From a virus (taxonomy: Duplodnaviria; Caudoviricetes), in IMG/VR virus record IMGVR_UViG_3300032212_000102, positions 1-34,421 of that record: 34,421 nt of DNA; one strand, given 5' to 3'. This document shows positions 16,250 to 25,873 of the stretch, piece after piece. Below the pieces are notes generated by a model, which searched no databases, was not told where the DNA came from, and saw only the letters and a program-made list of their open reading frames with translations. Numbering within the stretch: the first letter of the stretch is position 1; every line of letters begins with the position of its first letter. Both the position numbers and the translations under genes were made by a program.

Positions 16250-18371
16250 CCTCCAAATCAAGGGCCAGTATCGTCATGGGTACCGGGTCCTCTTGTGTAA
16301 TTGTGACCTGGGCTTTCTGTGACCAGCCATGCAAGTATATCTCGACGGTCTCATCCGATGGAGTGGGCACATCATCAAAAGTATCATCATCGAGCTGCCT
16401 ATCCGGCAATCTCTCGCCGTTCACAAAGACACCAAGCGACTGATAACGGTTGATAGTAGCTCTCACGATGCGCTTTTCCCTGTTAAGGGTCGGGCCATCC
16501 TGAAAACCATCATTAACCGGCATAGTCTTGATAGTCGGGTTAAAATCCAGACCATACTCCAGGGTTTCAGCGTCAGGTGTCCTCTCAAGGGTAAATGAGC
16601 CTCCTGACACCACCGCATTTGGCTGTATAGCGCCACCAAGCTTAACCCGGACCGTTTCACCTTCCAGATGGTCTGCGCCCGTTACAGTGGCGCTGGAGTG
16701 GCTTGCTGAGTAAACGGCCGAATCAGTACAAAGGTCGTCATCCAGTTTTTCCAAATAGTAGACGGTATCGCCATCAATAGTGCGCTCAACCAAAAAATAG
16801 GTGTCAAAATCCAGAACACCGACACGCTTGAACAGTCCGGCCTCAGTGGTCCAGGGACCAGACCAGGCAGCAATTTCTTGTTCACGCAATGTATTAAGGA
16901 CCACCACATCACCAGCCGTATTAACCATGTAAACATAATTTGTTTCTGTGGTTTGAGTGCCTGCCACCGCGTCAATATCGACCGGTGTATTAATTAGATG
17001 GCTGGATAGCTGTGAAACAGAATTAGATACATGAGAGTCCTCAGCAAATGAGAACAGAAACTCACGAAAACCCTGGCCATTTCGCTGAACGTAAAGCGTG
17101 GCACCATCAATCGAGGCCGTTCTGACCGCCGCTGAGCCGTATCTGGTCTGCCTGACCACCGAGAAATTCTCAGGTAATACAGGGGTTGTCGGGATAATGA
17201 ACTCACCGCCCGATGTAAAGATTTCCAGGGTGCGACCTGGCACCACGTTGCGGATTTCGTTCACTTGGTCAGTGTCCAAAGCGCCCACGATGGCCTCATC
17301 AGGCTGTCCTGTGCCTACATTAAAGTTATAAAAGTCATTGGTTACGCTCATCCACAAGCCTTGGGGCCTGCCTTTGGAGCCACCAAATACCATCCGGCCC
17401 TCAAAGAATGTGACGGTAAGCGGCCAGCCTCGGGTAGTCGACCAGGTATCCTCAGCGCCTGAACCAAAATCATATTGCGGAATATTGGTCAAAGGCACGT
17501 CATCAATAACCCATAACCCCTCTGAGGTCGTGTCGCGCACGATTCGTTTAGGGGCTATGTTTTTGTGAGTGATAATCAGGGTATCGGCTGATTGTGTCCA
17601 GTTAATGGTATCAATCTGAGTCGATAGGTACTCAATCGGGAATTGCGCCAGCAATACGTCATCTTTATAGACCAGCATTGAGCCAAATCCACCGCCTCCC
17701 GCAATGGCTATCATGTAATTTTGTTCGGTATTAAACGAAAACGGGATTAACCGGGCATCACTGGCAGCTCTACCGGTGAATAGGCTAAATTCTCCCAGGC
17801 TCATTACCGCCGCGCCCTCATCCTCAGCCAAAGAGCCTCGGCGCACCGCCCAATAGCGGGCACTTATTCCGATATTCCTGCGAAAATCTCTGGCCGTGGT
17901 ATCAATTTCCATTGATGTATTAGGGACCGCGAACCAGGTTGATGCGTCACTACTGTAATAAATGGCAAAATCTGCGGCATTAGACCCAGCCGATAACTTA
18001 ATGCCCACCACGTCAGCAAACTCAATAGTCTGCGCTGTGCCTAAATCATATTGAACCACCATATAATTGGCAGTAGTACCAATAGCTGTAGTGGTGGTTA
18101 GAAGGGTTGAGCTGTCATTGTCGTTGGCGTTAGCAGTAGTGCCACCATTGGGAGCCGTAATAGTTTGACCCGTTACCCGGTCGGACGGAATCTCGATAGC
18201 ATCAATGTATTTCATGCCAGGCCTGCGAGCTGCACCACCCTGGGGCAAACAAAGCGCGTTATCCAGGTTCTCAGCACCGTTGTTATAAGCTCTCACGTCG
18301 ATACGTGCGCCTAATCGGGGGTCGAGAACACCGGCATTAAACGATGATTGTATGCGGCGGATGCGCGGCAT
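16239..18371 (-). CDS. Tail tubular protein B / nozzle (T7 gp12-like)
   Basis: QSSFNAGVLDP..., PQGGAARRPG, GWP..VTFFEGR, EQEIAAWS; 710 aa; follows tubular A. Confidence 0.9.
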   Translation of the reverse strand: MPRIRRIQSSFNAGVLDPRLGARIDVRAYNNGAENLDNALCLPQGGAARRPGMKYIDAIEIPSDRVTGQTITAPNGGTTANANDNDSSTLLTTTTAIGTTANYMVVQYDLGTAQTIEFADVVGIKLSAGSNAADFAIYYSSDASTWFAVPNTSMEIDTTARDFRRNIGISARYWAVRRGSLAEDEGAAVMSLGEFSLFTGRAASDARLIPFSFNTEQNYMIAIAGGGGFGSMLVYKDDVLLAQFPIEYLSTQIDTINWTQSADTLIITHKNIAPKRIVRDTTSEGLWVIDDVPLTNIPQYDFGSGAEDTWSTTRGWPLTVTFFEGRMVFGGSKGRPQGLWMSVTNDFYNFNVGTGQPDEAIVGALDTDQVNEIRNVVPGRTLEIFTSGGEFIIPTTPVLPENFSVVRQTRYGSAAVRTASIDGATLYVQRNGQGFREFLFSFAEDSHVSNSVSQLSSHLINTPVDIDAVAGTQTTETNYVYMVNTAGDVVVLNTLREQEIAAWSGPWTTEAGLFKRVGVLDFDTYFLVERTIDGDTVYYLEKLDDDLCTDSAVYSASHSSATVTGADHLEGETVRVKLGGAIQPNAVVSGGSFTLERTPDAETLEYGLDFNPTIKTMPVNDGFQDGPTLNREKRIVRATINRYQSLGVFVNGERLPDRQLDDDTFDDVPTPSDETVEIYLHGWSQKAQVTITQEDPVPMTILALDLEVSA

Positions 18372-18920
18372 TTATCGGACCTCTAAAAATGGTGCTGATT
18401 CTATCGCGTTATTAGTCCTGCCTTGGCTGTCTCGGTTCTGAGCAACCAGCATTTGAACACCGGCCTTAGCGTCCCAAATCTCGGCCAGGCTTCGATTGTC
18501 CGTAACAGAGACCGCAAACTCGGCGGCCAGTAGGTATTGCATGTATTTGACGAAATAAGGCGGCAAAGTAGACTCATCTGGTTTGAACCAGTAGTCGATT
18601 TCGACCTCCTCCTCATCGGAATAGAGTTTATCCTCGTAAATCTCGAAGGTGCTGCGCGGATAAGTGCGATACACCAGCAATAAGTCACCTGGAAGCTGAA
18701 AGGCGTTTTTCCACTCATTGAGCGGTGAGGCGACTAATTTAGATAATGCGACTTTACCCATAGCAAAACGCCAGGGGTAGGACGTGATGGCGTCCTCGTA
18801 AACAGTGGCATACAGATTCGAGGCGGTCTTTGCCCCGGCACCTGCATCGGTAAATGAGTTGATAGTGCCGTGCCCGATTAACAGCAGGGCATTGGATGAC
18901 ATAGAAATGTCAGTAGCCAT
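18372..18920 (-). CDS. Tail tubular protein A / adaptor (T7 gp11-like)
   Basis: SNALLLIG..I.S, YPWRFA, FQLP.D, LPPYF...LAAE. Confidence 0.88.
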   Translation of the reverse strand: MATDISMSSNALLLIGHGTINSFTDAGAGAKTASNLYATVYEDAITSYPWRFAMGKVALSKLVASPLNEWKNAFQLPGDLLLVYRTYPRSTFEIYEDKLYSDEEEVEIDYWFKPDESTLPPYFVKYMQYLLAAEFAVSVTDNRSLAEIWDAKAGVQMLVAQNRDSQGRTNNAIESAPFLEVR

Positions 18921-18930
18921 ACAAACTCCT

Positions 18931-18956
18931 AAAGATAGGCACCCCCGAAGGGGTGC
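18931..18956 (-). terminator. Hairpin after the capsid genes, probably a partial terminator
   Basis: GCACCCC-TTCG-GGGGTGC then CTATCTTT on the - strand. Confidence 0.65.
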
Positions 18957-18965
18957 GAATCAGTT

Positions 18966-19232
18966 TTAGTCAGTGTCAGTTTCAGTGATGGCTAGGCCGT
19001 CAGAAACGTCCACAACACCAGAGGCGTTAGTTAAAACACTAACAAAGCTGGTGGTCGGGGTTGCTGTATCCACAACAATGATTACGTCACGAACCGTTAA
19101 TAGGTCAGATGCATCATTGAAGTAGGCAGCCGTATTGACAGTAGCGATAGCGTCCGCGCTTGAGTACATCCATAAGCGTGGAGAGCTGCCACCTGGGCCA
19201 ATTTGAGATAATCCAGAAAGTGCAAAAGCCAT
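18966..19232 (-). CDS. Putative minor capsid / decoration protein
   Basis: Directly after the capsid gene; GGAGG RBS; Y.SADAIATV..A.YFN pattern. Confidence 0.7.
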   Translation of the reverse strand: MAFALSGLSQIGPGGSSPRLWMYSSADAIATVNTAAYFNDASDLLTVRDVIIVVDTATPTTSFVSVLTNASGVVDVSDGLAITETDTD

Positions 19233-19241
19233 GATAGCCTC

Positions 19242-20099
19242 CTATGTTTCGTCAGCGTTGACTTGGATTAAACCGGCAGTATCGCGGATAGCTGCGCCAC
19301 ACTTCATCATGCCATTACATAGCCATGAAGTCTTTTGAGCAATCCAGTTTACATCGGTCGTAATGTCGATACCGGTCGCAAGACCCACGGCAGATTTATG
19401 CCATGCGTAACCCTGGCGAACATCACCAGCAGCAACCGTTAGGCCGCCTTCATCACGAGACTCGATAATGTGCCAGTGGAAGCCCATCCAGTAGTCCAGA
19501 GTACCGGTCATCAGTGACTGAACACTGTTGTAATCGGCACTGCCTACCTGAGTTTCTAACAGCATGGCGCGAAGGCCATCAGCAGAAACCATGATGTGAC
19601 GGTCCTGGTCAATAGGAACACCGGCATCGTTAAGCTCTTTCGAGGCTTCGACTACCTTTTCGATGTTCATATTGGTATCAGCACCACCAACCGAAGTGGC
19701 TACGGTCGCACCCGGAGTTGCGTCATCCATCGCGTCGATGATGATTTGCTCCTGACGACGATGCAAAGCGCCAGCGATGGTATTCGCTAGTTCTTCTTTT
19801 TCGTCGAAATTGACCTCAGCCGCGTCAAAAATATCGGTGTATTCTGGAGCGTTCCAGTTACCGAGCGTGGCTGTAACCAGGCTGTGAGAAATGTCCATTG
19901 GGGTAACATCAGCTTGCGAGGCTTTCTGATTCGCAAGGCCTTTGCCCATTGCACGGAATTTGTAGGTATCACCTACTACGTTGTTGCGTTGCGTGACTGC
20001 GTTGACGATGCCGCCATTAGTAGCGCCCATAGTTTGATAGGCATGTTTTACCATGTCGTCAAACTCTGTCGATGCAGCCGCTGAGAGTGTCTTACTCAT
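19242..20099 (-). CDS. Major capsid protein
   Basis: EFDDMVKHAYQ, EYTDIFD...VNFDE, SADYN..., GFHW; between scaffold and tail genes; strong RBS. Confidence 0.9.
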   Translation of the reverse strand: MSKTLSAAASTEFDDMVKHAYQTMGATNGGIVNAVTQRNNVVGDTYKFRAMGKGLANQKASQADVTPMDISHSLVTATLGNWNAPEYTDIFDAAEVNFDEKEELANTIAGALHRRQEQIIIDAMDDATPGATVATSVGGADTNMNIEKVVEASKELNDAGVPIDQDRHIMVSADGLRAMLLETQVGSADYNSVQSLMTGTLDYWMGFHWHIIESRDEGGLTVAAGDVRQGYAWHKSAVGLATGIDITTDVNWIAQKTSWLCNGMMKCGAAIRDTAGLIQVNADET

Positions 20100-20241
20100 A
20101 GCGAGTCTCCTAAAAAGAGTTGATTTGGTTTTTTAGGGTATCTCGCAATAATGCGGGGCCTATATATTACTTACTTCAAGTAACAGGCCGACGAGCGGGT
20201 ATCTGTGTCTTGATTGTTATTGATTAGCCGGGCGGTGTCAA
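20100..20241 (-). promoter_or_regulatory. Putative capsid promoter and structured leader
   Basis: TTGACA(20241..20236)-17-AACAAT; several stems; AGATACCC twice; stem covering the RBS. Confidence 0.5.
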
Positions 20242-20293
20242 TAGGCGTATAATCGGGGTTGGGTAGTTGTGGCTACCACCCTAATCACGGACG

Positions 20294-21028
20294 TTAACCT
20301 ACCACGTTACGCTTTGGCTCGGTGCCAAATAACTTCTCATACATGCGGCTTGTTTCATCACGAAATGCTTTATCAGTCTTGTAGCGTGGGTCATTCATGC
20401 GCTCACGGATTTCTGAGTGCTGCAAGCCAGTATCAACCTCTGACTTGTCTTTCGGCACCTGGAAACCACGGGTTTGCTGAATCAGGGCCTCAATAGCTTT
20501 CACGCCTGCCGCTGTAGTAGTGGCTGCTAATATACCCTGATAGTCCTCCTCCGATAGATTAGCCTTGGCAAAGTCATTGATGTTTTGCAGTCTGGCCTGT
20601 GCATTGTCACCCAGGGCTTTAAGCTCAGATTCACGGTCAGTGCCCATGAGCTGCGACTCATTACCGATATAGCTGTGCAGAATTTGGGTAAATACTTCCT
20701 GTGACATATTGGATTCGCGGGCAATCGTCTGGAAACTCTCCATTAACGGGTCGCCATCTATCCATTCACCTTCCACGCCCTCGGGGAATGAAAGCTCGTA
20801 ATCGCCTTCTGGAGCGCCTACGAAACCGCCAAAGCGTGATTCTAGGTCGGTGTAGGCCTTGGCCTGGTCGGCAACGGATTTATATTTGCTGTCTTTGTAC
20901 CATTCTGGCTTGTCGCCTTCACCCTGTACGCCTTCTGACATATACCAGGGCTGGTTTTCTGTTGTTTCTGTTGTTTCCTCGTTAGGTGTCGCCTCATCGG
21001 CGGCTATCAAAGAATCTGATTCTTCCAT
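20294..21028 (-). CDS. Capsid scaffolding protein
   Basis: Acidic; KPEW..KYKSV.DQAKAY.DLE, GAPE.DYE, MNDPRY..D..FR; before the capsid gene. Confidence 0.85.
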   Translation of the reverse strand: MEESDSLIAADEATPNEETTETTENQPWYMSEGVQGEGDKPEWYKDSKYKSVADQAKAYTDLESRFGGFVGAPEGDYELSFPEGVEGEWIDGDPLMESFQTIARESNMSQEVFTQILHSYIGNESQLMGTDRESELKALGDNAQARLQNINDFAKANLSEEDYQGILAATTTAAGVKAIEALIQQTRGFQVPKDKSEVDTGLQHSEIRERMNDPRYKTDKAFRDETSRMYEKLFGTEPKRNVVG

Positions 21029-21339
21029 TATTTTTCTCCTGTTTCACTGTTATGGATTGCTGCTAGTATGCACCGCACAATGTCATCCTGGCCGCCGCGC
21101 CACACGTCCATGCGCTCAGTGCCTCTCGGGTCTACCTGGGGCCGTTTAATGGTCCAATCCATCAAATAACCCAAAACACGCAAGCCAAGCTCAGAATCCA
21201 GGAATAACTCCCGAAAATCTGAGTTCATGGCCTTTATCTGTTGCTCCTGCTCGCCTCGTATCAGGCCGAACTGAGGATTGTCCAGGTCAAGTGCGCCCCA
21301 GCCTGTAATATCACCCTTTAATTCTGTGACTTTACCCAT
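21028..21339 (-). CDS. Bbp19-like protein
   Basis: LFLDSELGLRVL..L...GQDDIVR.I; between portal and scaffold. Confidence 0.7.
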   Translation of the reverse strand: MGKVTELKGDITGWGALDLDNPQFGLIRGEQEQQIKAMNSDFRELFLDSELGLRVLGYLMDWTIKRPQVDPRGTERMDVWRGGQDDIVRCILAAIHNSETGEK

Positions 21340-21502
21340 GAGTGTCGCCTATTTCTATAGGATGCAAGCTGCCATTTTGAGCCGCTATGAACTCTTCATG
21401 AGTAACCGGAGTAACCGCCCCGGTTTTTGCATTGGCTAGTTTTTTCATGAGTGACATAGCCGCCTCATTGGTTTCATCCACTACAAAGATTATCTCAGCC
21501 AC
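21332..21502 (-). CDS. Hypothetical protein (GTG start revised)
   Basis: GGAGG RBS before the GTG at 21502; overlaps both neighbours. Confidence 0.55.
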   Translation of the reverse strand: MAEIIFVVDETNEAAMSLMKKLANAKTGAVTPVTHEEFIAAQNGSLHPIEIGDTHG

Positions 21503-23015
21503 CTTCTGCCTCCAATTGTGATTGTGCAATGATTTGAGCAACCATCTGAGTGAGGGCTTGCTTGCCTTGCGGGCCTTCATCCTCACGATTTAGCTCAGCA
21601 GGGACACCTAACAACTCACCCATAACGCGAGGGATTTCCTCGACCTTGGCACCACCCATAAAGATTTGAGGACCCAAAGCGCCGCCGATTTCCATCCAGC
21701 GAGTAATATTCTGGATTTCCTCAGCATCCTGGGCACGGGCAAGGGGAGACTCGTAACGGAGCGTGACCTCTTTACCGTCGAGCTTGAAGGGGGCGACTTT
21801 ACCCAGGCGCTGCAAGATATACAGGCCACGTTTAATCAGCTTTTCAAGCAATTCGGTCTGTAAACGGCCAAAGGTCGCCCCTGCCGTCTGAACTAGCTCC
21901 TGTTGTCGGATGCTAATTTCAGTGGCACTTTTTGTCGGGCCTTCAACTGGTCCAAGTTGGTTTGAATATAAGGCGTCATTGATATTGGCGCGAAGGTCGG
22001 CCAGTACAATTTGCGATACATCAATACCTCCTCCTGTGTCCAATCGGCGCAATGTAGGGTTTTCTGTGGCATTGCTAGATACCGGAATCAATGAGTTAGG
22101 CACTAATTGTATAGTATAAGGGTTAATGGCACCATCATTGACGTGGGTATAGATACCGGCAATGTCGATAGCTGCCCGGCGCAATGTGAACTCGACCACC
22201 TTATTGGCCGTCAAAATGTCAGGGAGCGCCTGCATAATCGGACCACGGCCAAGGATTTCACCCGGCATGACTGAGGTTCTGAACACAATCCAGGGACTAA
22301 CTTCCTCCTCACGCTCGACAATGATTTGCATACCGCGCTTAATCATTACCTTGTAGTCATAACCCTTGGTTTCGTTGTTATATATCGTGCCCTCGATGAT
22401 TTTGTGCTTACTGTCAGGCTTGTTTTTGATTTCCTGCTGGACGGTGTGAGGTATCTTGGCATCAGGCCATTTGCGCTCAATCAGTCGGCCTGGTACGTCC
22501 CACTCGCGGAAAACGGTCTCGATAGTCCCATCAGGACCTTCCTCGGGTACGATTTGACTCGCTGGCACCGCTACAATATCAAAGGGCTGGTCGTCATCAC
22601 CCTCCTGGAACAGCAGGGCACCGGTAGAAACACCGGCCTCCAGGATGGCCTCATGGGCTTGAGTCGCCAGGGCTGAGTGGTTAAAGGCGGCAAATAAGGT
22701 ATCAGTAATCTGTTCGAGCAATACCTTGGCCTGTTCCTTTTCCTCATCGGGTATCTCAGAGCCTGGAACGGCTGTGGCCCATTGACGCCAGGGCGGCATA
22801 ATCGTCGCCACCATACGAGAAGCCCACCGCTGCAATCCATTAATGGCCGTGGAGTCATAGACTTCTTCGTTTTTCTTTTGGCCCTCGCGCTGGTTGCTAT
22901 AGAACTCCTCGCGCTGAGGTAGGGCATATTGATAGGCCTGCTGGAGAACATCTATCCACAGAGCCTTACGGGAATTAGCGGCATTGAACCGCTTTAGCAT
23001 CGCCTGTCCGTTCAT
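21495..23015 (-). CDS. Portal (head-tail connector), T7/BPP-1-like
   Basis: YALPQR, YDSTA, GEILGRGP..ALPDI, KSATEI..RQQE, YESPLARAQ. Confidence 0.93.
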   Translation of the reverse strand: MNGQAMLKRFNAANSRKALWIDVLQQAYQYALPQREEFYSNQREGQKKNEEVYDSTAINGLQRWASRMVATIMPPWRQWATAVPGSEIPDEEKEQAKVLLEQITDTLFAAFNHSALATQAHEAILEAGVSTGALLFQEGDDDQPFDIVAVPASQIVPEEGPDGTIETVFREWDVPGRLIERKWPDAKIPHTVQQEIKNKPDSKHKIIEGTIYNNETKGYDYKVMIKRGMQIIVEREEEVSPWIVFRTSVMPGEILGRGPIMQALPDILTANKVVEFTLRRAAIDIAGIYTHVNDGAINPYTIQLVPNSLIPVSSNATENPTLRRLDTGGGIDVSQIVLADLRANINDALYSNQLGPVEGPTKSATEISIRQQELVQTAGATFGRLQTELLEKLIKRGLYILQRLGKVAPFKLDGKEVTLRYESPLARAQDAEEIQNITRWMEIGGALGPQIFMGGAKVEEIPRVMGELLGVPAELNREDEGPQGKQALTQMVAQIIAQSQLEAEGG

Positions 23016-23272
23016 CCTAATGTACCCCTAATACCGCGAACGTCACCCGATATAAGCGAGGCTCGACCAGCAGACAGTCGACGTTGGCGCTTTAAAAGCC
23101 CCTCTTTTCGTGATGGTGTCCTGGGTTTTAACAGGGTTGCAGGTTGTGGCCGAGTAAATTCAACCGGTAAGGCAAGGATTGAGTTATAAATATTGGTTTT
23201 ACCGGGGCCATTCTCAGGCTTTATTCCGGCGCGATTCTGCGCTGTCAGTCTGGCAATAGGCATATCAGGCAC
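23012..23272 (-). CDS. Small basic virion-associated protein (paralogous C-terminus with the upstream gene)
   Basis: Ends GRASLISGDVRGIRGTLG; coupled overlaps. Confidence 0.6.
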   Translation of the reverse strand: MPDMPIARLTAQNRAGIKPENGPGKTNIYNSILALPVEFTRPQPATLLKPRTPSRKEGLLKRQRRLSAGRASLISGDVRGIRGTLG

Positions 23273-23486
23273 CCAGCGTTTCAGATAGGCCTGTTTCCTC
23301 GCCCGATATTAAGGATGCTCGGCCTCGACGCTTACGCTTGAGCGCATTGGTGCGGCTTTCTTCCTCGGATTTCAGCTTTGCCAGCTCATCTTTTTGACGC
23401 TGCTCGGCTTCTGCCTTTTGTCGGATTTCTTCTGGTGAGGGTCCTGCTGGCTTCTTAGGTTTTGAGCCGCCGAATATTTTGCCCAT
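23265..23486 (-). CDS. Small basic virion/tail-assembly protein (T7 gp7.3-like position)
   Basis: MGKIFGGSKPKKP...RRGRASLISG...TLG. Confidence 0.75.
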   Translation of the reverse strand: MGKIFGGSKPKKPAGPSPEEIRQKAEAEQRQKDELAKLKSEEESRTNALKRKRRGRASLISGEETGLSETLGA

Positions 23487-23919
23487 TATGCTTCTCCATG
23501 TGCTTGTATAGTTGATAAGGTGTCGTCACCAAACAGGCACGGATGCCGAGTAGTGACTTCATCGCTTCAACGCAAGTCCACGGCGCGAACAGAGAACGAA
23601 CACGGTATCGCGGCTTTCGCCATGCTTCGACGTATTGCAGATGCGTATAGTCCACGTCTTTCAATACATCATGAATAGTATCGTACTGGTCAAAGGGTAA
23701 CACGTCAAATTCGGTCCATCCAAGCGATAAATCCATTTTAAGCCAGAATAGCCCGTTATATTTGACCGCAGTTACGTGTTTAAAGCCTGGTTTTAGAAAA
23801 TCACTGTACCAGTAGCGGGTGCCGTCATCCTCATAAACGAAGTAATAGCGGGCCTTTGATTGACCTACCAGGTGCCCTGACTCCAGGAGACTGTGATTTA
23901 TTGGGCGGTGAAAGGGCAT
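23455..23919 (-). CDS. Putative permuted papain-like peptidase/amidase
   Basis: His before Cys (PGFKHV ... WTCVE) and TPYQLY; start uncertain. Confidence 0.5.
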   Translation of the reverse strand: MPFHRPINHSLLESGHLVGQSKARYYFVYEDDGTRYWYSDFLKPGFKHVTAVKYNGLFWLKMDLSLGWTEFDVLPFDQYDTIHDVLKDVDYTHLQYVEAWRKPRYRVRSLFAPWTCVEAMKSLLGIRACLVTTPYQLYKHMEKHNGQNIRRLKT

Positions 23920-25226
23920 TAAAAGATATTGAAAGCGTTATTCATGACCACGGGTTGCATGTTGGCCGTCTGGCTATCGAAATACCCTTGCGCGAACTGC
24001 ATAAAGGCATCGGCTGGGTTGCTGGCCCAATCATGGTGAGGTTTTCTCTGGTAAACATCATCCTCGTCATTGTACTTGTAGCGGTAATTGCTCAATCCAT
24101 CCAGGCCTCGCTCCATTCTCAGGCCCCGCTCATCCTGGGCTGTATGGAAATAACACTCTGGAAAGATGTTCCGGGCTAGCTCAATAGCCGTCTGCTTCAC
24201 GCTGATACGTGGCACAATGTTAATCGGCTTCACTCCCAAGGCTATCATCTGCTCTTTGACGTTTTTTTTCATGCCCAGGCGGTCATGGTCGGCATCATGG
24301 GGGAAATAGTGGCGCTCATAGTTATAGTCGAACTTGTTTAGGACCTTGGCGAAGTGTTCCAGCTCCTCAAGCCTGGCCTCGTAGTAATCAATGAACCGAT
24401 ACTCTTTGCCGACTCGCTGCATAAACCAGATACAAGTATGGTCAGAGCGGCCAATATCCCAAAAGGTGCAGACACCAGCGCCTTTAACCACGGGGATATT
24501 CAGCATACGGCTAAATCCCTTCAAATCTTTACGCTTGGCATCCAGTATCTGCTGACCGAATATCGCGCCCTCAGCAAGCTGTTTAAGCTCACCTTCCCAA
24601 ATATGCAGGTATTTCTCAAAGTCACGCTCTTTCATGACCTCCATTTGCTGGCGCAATACCTCGGGGAACCAGGGGTTATCAGCGTATGAAGCCTTAATCA
24701 CTAGGCTGTCCGGTGGCGGTTCATTGGCGACAAATAGCTGGTAAATATGGTCAAACTTAAACCGGGTGTTGAATGATACCCATACCTCTGAACCCTCAGC
24801 ACGGATGGTCGGGTCAATAATGTCCCATGAGCTTTCAGTCAGGCTATGGCCCTCCTCAATCCAGCAAATGTCGATACCTTCCATTGACTTGATTTCCTCG
24901 GGGTTATGCTTCACCCCCAGGAATATGAACTCAGTGCCGTTTATGCCGTATATCCCTTGCTGCTGTACGTCATAGAACGGGGATAGGCCCAGCTTTTCTA
25001 TCTGAATCTTGAGTAATCGGTGAACGGATTGTTTGATGGATTTCTGTAGCTCACGAGTACATAAGATACGCATCGGCTTTTCAGTGCCTCGTATCAGTAG
25101 CTTTCTCGATATTGACCAGGAGCGGGCTGCTGCTCGACCACCATATAGGACCTTGTAGCGATGGTCCTCATCGAGTGGCCGGTATATCTTAGGGAACTTG
25201 GCCTCAATTACAGGGCCTTTAGTCAT
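23919..25226 (-). CDS. terL: Terminase large subunit (PBSX-like)
   Basis: YGGR, CTRELQKSI..SV, IKSMEGID..WIEEG, FWDIG..D, PHHDWASNPADAF; ATG start at 25226 preferred. Confidence 0.95.
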   Translation of the reverse strand: MTKGPVIEAKFPKIYRPLDEDHRYKVLYGGRAAARSWSISRKLLIRGTEKPMRILCTRELQKSIKQSVHRLLKIQIEKLGLSPFYDVQQQGIYGINGTEFIFLGVKHNPEEIKSMEGIDICWIEEGHSLTESSWDIIDPTIRAEGSEVWVSFNTRFKFDHIYQLFVANEPPPDSLVIKASYADNPWFPEVLRQQMEVMKERDFEKYLHIWEGELKQLAEGAIFGQQILDAKRKDLKGFSRMLNIPVVKGAGVCTFWDIGRSDHTCIWFMQRVGKEYRFIDYYEARLEELEHFAKVLNKFDYNYERHYFPHDADHDRLGMKKNVKEQMIALGVKPINIVPRISVKQTAIELARNIFPECYFHTAQDERGLRMERGLDGLSNYRYKYNDEDDVYQRKPHHDWASNPADAFMQFAQGYFDSQTANMQPVVMNNAFNIF

Positions 25227-25389
25227 CTTCAACAAACCTTATTGGGGCCAGCCTGTAATCGCCGTGGTCGCCCTGTCTGAGCTGATACACTCTTAAATCG
25301 GTGGACACGAACACGGTCCCTAAATATTCAATCATCGACACAATAGTTTCGCCGTCTGGAACAGCAATAATACGGTCGGTTTTATTCAT
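25219..25389 (-). CDS. Hypothetical 56-aa protein (not in the ORF track)
   Basis: MNKTDRIIAVPDGE...RFVEDD fills the terS-terL gap and overlaps both. Confidence 0.6.
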   Translation of the reverse strand: MNKTDRIIAVPDGETIVSMIEYLGTVFVSTDLRVYQLRQGDHGDYRLAPIRFVEDD

Positions 25390-25873
25390 ATTTAGTCACA
25401 ATGGCGCTAGGCATGGGGTTATCCGGGTCATTGGCGTGTTGTATGCGTTCGCCATACTTCTTGGGCTTGAGCTTAGCGGCAATGAATTTTCTTGTGTCTA
25501 CCTTTAGCCTGGAGTGTTGAATCTTTACCTGTGACGTAACCATCACCGGCTTTTCATCAACAATGACCGGCACACCATCAACCAGCAACGGCTCTTGGGC
25601 TTCATTATCAGCAATATCAAGCATATCCTCGACCATTAACTCAGCACATTCCTGTTTAGCGGTCTCGTATTGCTGCCTAAATTCATCCTTTTCCCTTAAC
25701 CATCTAAACATTGTGGTCATTGCTGGCATGGTCTCCAGGGCGCAAATAGTTCTCATTGATTGGCCTAGTGCGACCTTCTCACATATTTTATCGGCCAGCC
25801 TATCAGTATAGTCTGTAGGTCTCCCTATTTTCTTTGGGGTCTTTTTCTTAGCGACTTTCTTTTTAGCTACCAT
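25382..25873 (-). CDS. terS: Terminase small subunit (Sf6 gp1-like)
   Basis: GRPTDYT..LADKICE...G.SMR.IC...MP...T.FRWL; LKVDTRK..AAKLKPKKYGE. Confidence 0.92.
   Translation of the reverse strand: MVAKKKVAKKKTPKKIGRPTDYTDRLADKICEKVALGQSMRTICALETMPAMTTMFRWLREKDEFRQQYETAKQECAELMVEDMLDIADNEAQEPLLVDGVPVIVDEKPVMVTSQVKIQHSRLKVDTRKFIAAKLKPKKYGERIQHANDPDNPMPSAIVTKYE

Noticed and set aside
15650-16261. 203-aa - strand ORF in the late operon
   Set aside because: Antisense shadow of the HNH gene, which has clear motifs, promoter and RBS.
18966-20099. Programmed frameshift extending the capsid protein into the next gene
   Set aside because: No slippery sequence seen near the capsid stop, and the downstream gene has its own strong GGAGG RBS.
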